From NCBI GenBank assembly GCA_034440375.1, contig JAWXBZ010000211.1, positions 1 to 13,466 of the forward strand: a stretch of DNA of 13,466 nt, read 5' to 3'. The DNA comes from Candidatus Eiseniibacteriota bacterium. Lineage in GTDB: Bacteria; Eisenbacteria; RBG-16-71-46; JABDJR01; JAWXBZ01. Of the stretch, positions 9,032 through 13,466 are shown one piece after another; the stretch's first letter is position 1, and each line of letters starts with the position of its first letter. The position numbers and the translations under genes were made by a program. The notes below the pieces were generated by a model that searched no databases, was not told where the DNA came from, and worked only from the letters and a program-made list of their open reading frames with translations.

Positions 9032-9667
9032 GTGTCCGGCATCGTCTACCCTGAAATTGAAGGATATCTCGCCCCGCTTGCCACGCCCCGTCACGAGGTA
9101 CTGATCGAGATGGAGGCCCGGGCGACCGAGGAGAAGATTCCCATCGTGGGGCCACTGGTCGGGGCCCTGCTGTACCAGCTCGTGTCGCTGCGCGGCGCCC
9201 GCCGAATCTTCGAGCTCGGGTCGGCCATCGGCTATTCGACCATCTGGCTGGCCCTGGCCGCCGGCCCCGAGTCGGAAATTTTCTACACGGACGCGGACGA
9301 GAAAAAAGCCGAAGAGGCCCTTCACTATTTCGAGCGGGCCGGTGTGGCCGATCGCATCACCGTCAAGACGGGCGATGCGCTCGAAATGTTCGAAGCGACC
9401 GGTGGCGACTTTGATTTCATCTTCAACGATATCAACAAGCATGAGTACCCGCGCGTGCTGGACAAGGCCCTGCCGCGGGTTCGCAAGGGGGGGCTCCTGG
9501 TCGCCCACAATGTCCTCTGGTCGGGACGGGTGGCGCAGCTGACATCGACGGACGACAAGGACACGCCGGCCATCCGGGATTTCAACACGCTGGCTGCTTC
9601 AAGCCCGGGCTGCGTCTACTCCATTTTGCCTCTGGACGACGGCGTGGGCGTGCTGTTCAAGTCCTGA
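9032..9667 (+). CDS. Cation-dependent class I SAM O-methyltransferase (Methyltransf_3; YrrM/TrmR/CCoAOMT-like)
   Basis: AAGGAG at 9015-9020 then GTG 9032 (211 aa). IPIVGP..G.LL, ELGSAIGYSTIW, GDALE, FDFIFNDINK..Y, GGLLVAHNVLWSG, LPLDDGV. Confidence 0.92.
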   Translation: MSGIVYPEIEGYLAPLATPRHEVLIEMEARATEEKIPIVGPLVGALLYQLVSLRGARRIFELGSAIGYSTIWLALAAGPESEIFYTDADEKKAEEALHYFERAGVADRITVKTGDALEMFEATGGDFDFIFNDINKHEYPRVLDKALPRVRKGGLLVAHNVLWSGRVAQLTSTDDKDTPAIRDFNTLAASSPGCVYSILPLDDGVGVLFKS

Positions 9668-9704
9668 TCAAAGGGGCCCGCGACTACCCTCCACCCGATC
9701 CTCC

Positions 9705-9713
9705 TGCTACTCT
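9705..9713 (+). promoter_or_regulatory. Extended -10 promoter for a probably leaderless transcript
   Basis: TG-c-TACTCT, then 6 nt to ATG 9720; no SD. The context CTCCTG(c/t)TAnnnTGCCG is shared with the 7064-7079 promoter. Confidence 0.5.
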
Positions 9714-9719
9714 GCCGGC

Positions 9720-11603
9720 ATGGCAGCATCACTCCCGGACCGACCCGTGTCCTCCTCACGACTCCCCTGGTTATCACTTTTCATTCCACTAGGTTACCTG
9801 CCGGGGTACCTGACCGGTTCGCGCCCGGGCGTTGTCGAATCACTCGTCATTGTCGGGGCCACACTGGTGGCCTGGTTCCTCGTCTTTGCCGGCACCCGTC
9901 ATCCGGCGTTGGTCGGCCGGGGATCCGCCTCGTCCGCCGGCACGTCCCGGGCCGGCAATCTCCTTTGGCCGCTCACCCTCCTGATTGCGGCGGCCCTGTT
10001 CGCATTTCTCATCACGCCGGCTTCACTGGCCCGGGTCGAAGCCTTCGGCCGCAAGGAAGCCTGGTCGGTGGGCATTTTTCAGCAGGCCCTCTGGTGGACC
10101 GGCCACGGCGTACCACTCGGCGCCACCTACGGCACCGTCGACGGCAGCCTCCACAGTCAATTCGGCGTTCACCTCTCGCCATTCTTTCTCCTGTTCGAAC
10201 CGATCTATCGGTGGCGGCCGGAGCCATCCACCCTGTTGGCGCTTCAGGCGGCCTTCCTTGGCCTGGCCGCCCTGCCACTTTTTGCCCTGGCCCGGCGGCG
10301 CATCGGTGCCGCCGGGGCTGGACTCCTCGGACTTGCCTGGCTCTTGCAACCCATCGTGATCGGCGCCCCGCTCACCGGATTTCATGACCTGGCCTTCGCA
10401 CCATTTTTCCTGTTTGCGGCGTTCTGGGCGATGTCGCGCGAGAGAGGATTTCTTTACCTCGGATCCATTCTCGCGCTCATGTCCATCCGCGAAGATCTGT
10501 CCATACTGGTCATCGCGCTCGGTGTCGTCGCGATGTTTCAGAAGGCCCCCGGACGCTACGCCATGGGATCGATCCTCCTGGGCGGTGCCTGGCTCTTCGT
10601 GGCAATCGTCGGGGTGATGCCCGGATACCGGACAGCGGCGCTCCTGGCCGGGCCACAAGTCTTCCTGGCTCAGTACCTGGGAGCGTGGGGCGCCACCCCT
10701 ACCGACATCGCGATCAACATGGCCACTCATCCGTTGGACGTCCTCCGTCAGCTGGCGTCGCGCGAAGCGCTCCTCTATCTCCTCACCCTGCTCCGGCCGA
10801 TTGGCTTTCTGGCGCCGCTCCCCGACCCCTCGTGGGTGGCCGCGATTCCGTCGTTGTTCCTGAACATGGTTGCCGAAGGAACGACCTTGAAATCCCCTCT
10901 CGGGCGCTATTCCCTGCCGGTGGCCGCGGCCTTTTTCGCGGCTTTGCCGGGGGCGTTGGCCTTCTGGGGCCGAAAGCTGGGCCAACCGGCTCGGATCGGC
11001 GGGATCCCGGGTCTTGGCAAGAAATCAATGGAGGAGCGGGGGGCCCTGCTCAAGGCCGAGGCTCACATTGGAAACCACTGGCGCAGTGCCGAGGCCGGCG
11101 GAAACGACTCGTTCGACCTGGAAGAGGGGCGGCGGGGTGCGCCGCTTGCGATCATGATCCTCGTGGCATCCCTCCTGGCACTCTACCTGTTGCCGATTGG
11201 GCCACAGTTTCGACCCGAGTCGGCCGCAACCCAAATGGATCCTTCCGTCACCCTCATGGATCCTTCCGTCACCCTGGCGAACCGGGAGGCCGCCCTGGCC
11301 GAAGTGCCGCCCGAGGCGGGCGTGCTGGCGCCGGACTGGGCTTATGCTCGACTGGCCAACCGGGCGCTTTATGCCTGCCTGGGCAGCCTGGAGGCTCGCG
11401 CGCTCGACGGAAAGATACTGGACCGATTCGAAGCCGTCGTCATCGACATGTCCCCGGGCTCTTTCGAGCTGTCCCGCTATCCAACGATCCTGCCGGCGCT
11501 CCTCGCCCGGCTCCGCGCCGACCGGGCCTATCGCGAAGTGGCTTCCGCGGGGGGCGTTTCGACGTTTGTCCGCGCGGCCCGGGTCACCCCCGCGGGCCGC
11601 TGA
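9720..11603 (+). CDS. DUF2079-like integral membrane protein (probable GT-C fold)
   Basis: GIFQQALW, FGVHLSP, LLALQA, GFHDLAFAP, SIREDL and RYS motifs as recalled for DUF2079; many TM helices plus a C-terminal extracytoplasmic domain (VPPEAGVLA..LANR). Confidence 0.78.
   Translation: MAASLPDRPVSSSRLPWLSLFIPLGYLPGYLTGSRPGVVESLVIVGATLVAWFLVFAGTRHPALVGRGSASSAGTSRAGNLLWPLTLLIAAALFAFLITPASLARVEAFGRKEAWSVGIFQQALWWTGHGVPLGATYGTVDGSLHSQFGVHLSPFFLLFEPIYRWRPEPSTLLALQAAFLGLAALPLFALARRRIGAAGAGLLGLAWLLQPIVIGAPLTGFHDLAFAPFFLFAAFWAMSRERGFLYLGSILALMSIREDLSILVIALGVVAMFQKAPGRYAMGSILLGGAWLFVAIVGVMPGYRTAALLAGPQVFLAQYLGAWGATPTDIAINMATHPLDVLRQLASREALLYLLTLLRPIGFLAPLPDPSWVAAIPSLFLNMVAEGTTLKSPLGRYSLPVAAAFFAALPGALAFWGRKLGQPARIGGIPGLGKKSMEERGALLKAEAHIGNHWRSAEAGGNDSFDLEEGRRGAPLAIMILVASLLALYLLPIGPQFRPESAATQMDPSVTLMDPSVTLANREAALAEVPPEAGVLAPDWAYARLANRALYACLGSLEARALDGKILDRFEAVVIDMSPGSFELSRYPTILPALLARLRADRAYREVASAGGVSTFVRAARVTPAGR
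11235..11276 (+). repeat. In-frame 21-bp tandem duplication (MDPSVTL x2)
   Basis: ATGGATCCTTCCGTCACCCTC / ATGGATCCTTCCGTCACCCTG, 20 of 21 identical. Confidence 0.97.
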
Positions 11604-11604
11604 T

Positions 11605-11624
11605 CTACCGAGGTACCCCGGTAG
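11605..11624. terminator. Near-perfect palindrome between convergent genes; possible bidirectional terminator hairpin
   Basis: CTACCG-A-GGTACC-C-CGGTAG (one mismatched pair) in the 31-nt gap between stop codons; no U-tract. Confidence 0.4.
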
Positions 11625-11634
11625 CCGGATGCCC

Positions 11635-13362
11635 TCAGTTACTCGGCGCTACAGCTCCGGAGAGGTCATGTAGTTCCAGCACCGTCCGACCGACCCGGTG
11701 CACCCCCACCAGTTTCATCCGCAACAGGACCGCCGTGGCATCGATGCCGAAAGCCGGGTTGACGCCGGGCGACTCCCGGCTGTCACGCTGCAGGATGAGA
11801 TGGGTGATGCCGTAGGTCTCGACCGGATTGGCATCGTTCATCCCCCTCCAGACAACCAGGCCGCGGCGCCCCGAATCGAGCGACAGCGTCGGCGCCCAGC
11901 TCCCCGCCATCACGGCACCCGGCGGCAACTCGCGCAGGACTCTCGCCGCTGTCAAGACATCGGGTGAGGCTCCGGCATGAATGGCCCGGACCACCAGCAC
12001 ATCCGAGGCAAGGACGCCCGCCGTGCCGAGGCAGAAAAGGGTCAGTGCCACCGGCTTCGACACCGCCAGCATCCGCTGCTTCCACCGCAGCCAGAGATGT
12101 GAGGCCAGGATGACCAGTGGCAGGGCCACCGTCACCACGAGCAGAAATTCGTAACGGAACTGGTGCTCGAAGAAGGCCGGGGGGAGGCTCCGGTAACCGA
12201 GCGTGACAGCGGTATGCACCGTAATCTGTACCGCCATCCAGATCGTCAGCCCGATGAGGCCAAGCACCACCATCACATCGATCTCGGGCTTCCTGACCTG
12301 CGTCAGGCGCATGAGTGCCACCAGAGCCTCGGCCACGGCCACGCAAAGAGGCGGAATGAGCAGCACCAGCACACCCAGCGGCCGATCCCAACGCAGGGCG
12401 AAATAGATCGGCGCGGTGACCATCCAGGCGAAGAACCAGATCCTGACTTCCGAAAGCCTGCGGTGCCTGGCGATCGGCGCGAAGAGGCTGCGGGCGAAGA
12501 CAAGAAGGTAGACGAGCCCGATGACAACCAGCCCCGGGACCCAACGGATCAGGTCATAGAAGTTGAACGGGGCCATGAACAGGTTTTGGGCCACATTTCC
12601 CAGCTTTATCCGACCCAGCGGGGATTCGAGCATCCGGATCATCACATCGAACTCGGGCCGGACGAGCAGGACAACCCAACCGACGATCACACCCAGCGCC
12701 CCGAACCAGAAGAGGCGGATCCGGCGGCGGGTGGGTCCGCTCCATGGCATTTTCCAGGCCTGGAGCCGCACCATCAACGTGGCCAGCAAGGCGGTGGCCA
12801 GAAAGAAAAAATTGTGCGGCCCGTTTTCCACGAAGGCGGCCAGGGCAAGGCAAGTACCGGACAGGAACGACCAGGCCGGCCGCCGCCGCCCCATCTCCCA
12901 GAGAAAAATCGTCAGAAACATGAGCACGAGCGCGAGCGGCGCCGGATTTGCCTGCCGGCTGTAAATGACATGGATGCCGTTGACGGATAGAAATAGTGTG
13001 GCGAGGAGCGCCGTTCCGGCCCCGCCGGCCCGCCGCACCAGGAAATGGAAGAGGGCGATACCGGCCAGTGAAAGCAGCGCCGTCAGCGTGCGTGCCCCGC
13101 GAAGGCCTGTGCCAAACCATTCAAAGGCGGCCGCGTGGATCCGGGAGCCGAGGGGGTGAAGGACGGAGGCATCCCAATCATCCATACGCCAGACGCCGGC
13201 CACGGCCTGGTGGCGGGCATTGAGGAGGTACAGCCCCTCGTTGGGGGTCGGGCCGCCGGTGATGGACGCAGGGGGGTCAAGCGTCGGCTGCGACAGGCGC
13301 AGGGCGGCGGCCAGCAGAAAGATTGGGAGAACGAAGAGCCAGGAGCGCAGCCTTTCAGGCAT
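11635..13362 (-). CDS. GT-C fold membrane glycosyltransferase-like protein (ArnT/PMT, GT39-like)
   Basis: LAAALRL, first-loop NEGLYLLNAR, HPLG..., FGTGLRGARTL, IYSRQA, many TMs, and C-terminal YGITHLIL. Start placed at ATG 13362 because the ORF-track ATG 13437 lies inside the predicted promoter spacer. Confidence 0.8.
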   Translation of the reverse strand: MPERLRSWLFVLPIFLLAAALRLSQPTLDPPASITGGPTPNEGLYLLNARHQAVAGVWRMDDWDASVLHPLGSRIHAAAFEWFGTGLRGARTLTALLSLAGIALFHFLVRRAGGAGTALLATLFLSVNGIHVIYSRQANPAPLALVLMFLTIFLWEMGRRRPAWSFLSGTCLALAAFVENGPHNFFFLATALLATLMVRLQAWKMPWSGPTRRRIRLFWFGALGVIVGWVVLLVRPEFDVMIRMLESPLGRIKLGNVAQNLFMAPFNFYDLIRWVPGLVVIGLVYLLVFARSLFAPIARHRRLSEVRIWFFAWMVTAPIYFALRWDRPLGVLVLLIPPLCVAVAEALVALMRLTQVRKPEIDVMVVLGLIGLTIWMAVQITVHTAVTLGYRSLPPAFFEHQFRYEFLLVVTVALPLVILASHLWLRWKQRMLAVSKPVALTLFCLGTAGVLASDVLVVRAIHAGASPDVLTAARVLRELPPGAVMAGSWAPTLSLDSGRRGLVVWRGMNDANPVETYGITHLILQRDSRESPGVNPAFGIDATAVLLRMKLVGVHRVGRTVLELHDLSGAVAPSN

Positions 13363-13384
13363 TTCGTGTCCGTCGCTCTGGCAT
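13355..13384 (-). CDS. Putative 9-aa upstream ORF MPERRTRNA overlapping the start of the GT gene
   Basis: GGAGG (13393-13389), 4 nt, ATG 13384 ... TGA 13357-13355; overlaps ATG 13362 as ATGCCTGA. Confidence 0.35.
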   Translation of the reverse strand: MPERRTRNA

Positions 13385-13421
13385 TGCACCTCCACCAACG
13401 GGAAGAACGAACGAGCGGCGC

Positions 13422-13450
13422 AGGATAGCAACCGCATCGGGAGGGTTCAA
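13422..13450 (-). promoter_or_regulatory. sigma70-type extended -10 promoter for the second GT-C gene
   Basis: TTGAAC (13450-13445), 17 nt, TATCCT (13427-13422) preceded by TG-n. Confidence 0.6.
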
Positions 13451-13466
13451 TTAGCAGGGGTCGGCG

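Noticed and set aside
13400-13437. ORF-track start at 13437 for the last GT gene
   Set aside because: This ATG sits in the spacer of a good -35/-10 promoter and would not be transcribed from it.

Overview
GC-rich bacterial chromosomal window with 10 credible protein genes; no rRNA, tRNA, CRISPR array or mobile element was recognised. On the left, a minus-strand operon runs thiC -> MutT/NudG-like Nudix hydrolase -> a translationally coupled 416-aa protein with a divergent RelA/SpoT-like nucleotidyltransferase domain. It has a clear sigma70 promoter but no visible TPP riboswitch, and is the best candidate here for an undescribed system. It is followed by a cupredoxin lipoprotein lacking the axial Met, a GT-C (ArnT/PMT-like) membrane glycosyltransferase, and a GAF-AAA+-HTH enhancer-binding protein with GTATGV instead of GAFTGA. 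Next come a CPA2 (NapA-like) Na+/H+ antiporter, a YccU-like CoA-binding protein, a cation-dependent O-methyltransferase, a DUF2079-like membrane protein and a second ArnT/PMT-like protein preceded by a 9-codon upstream ORF. Several promoters share a TG-n-TAnnnT extended -10, and three sit only 6-9 nt from the ATG (near-leaderless). All family calls come from motifs recognised by eye; no searches were run.
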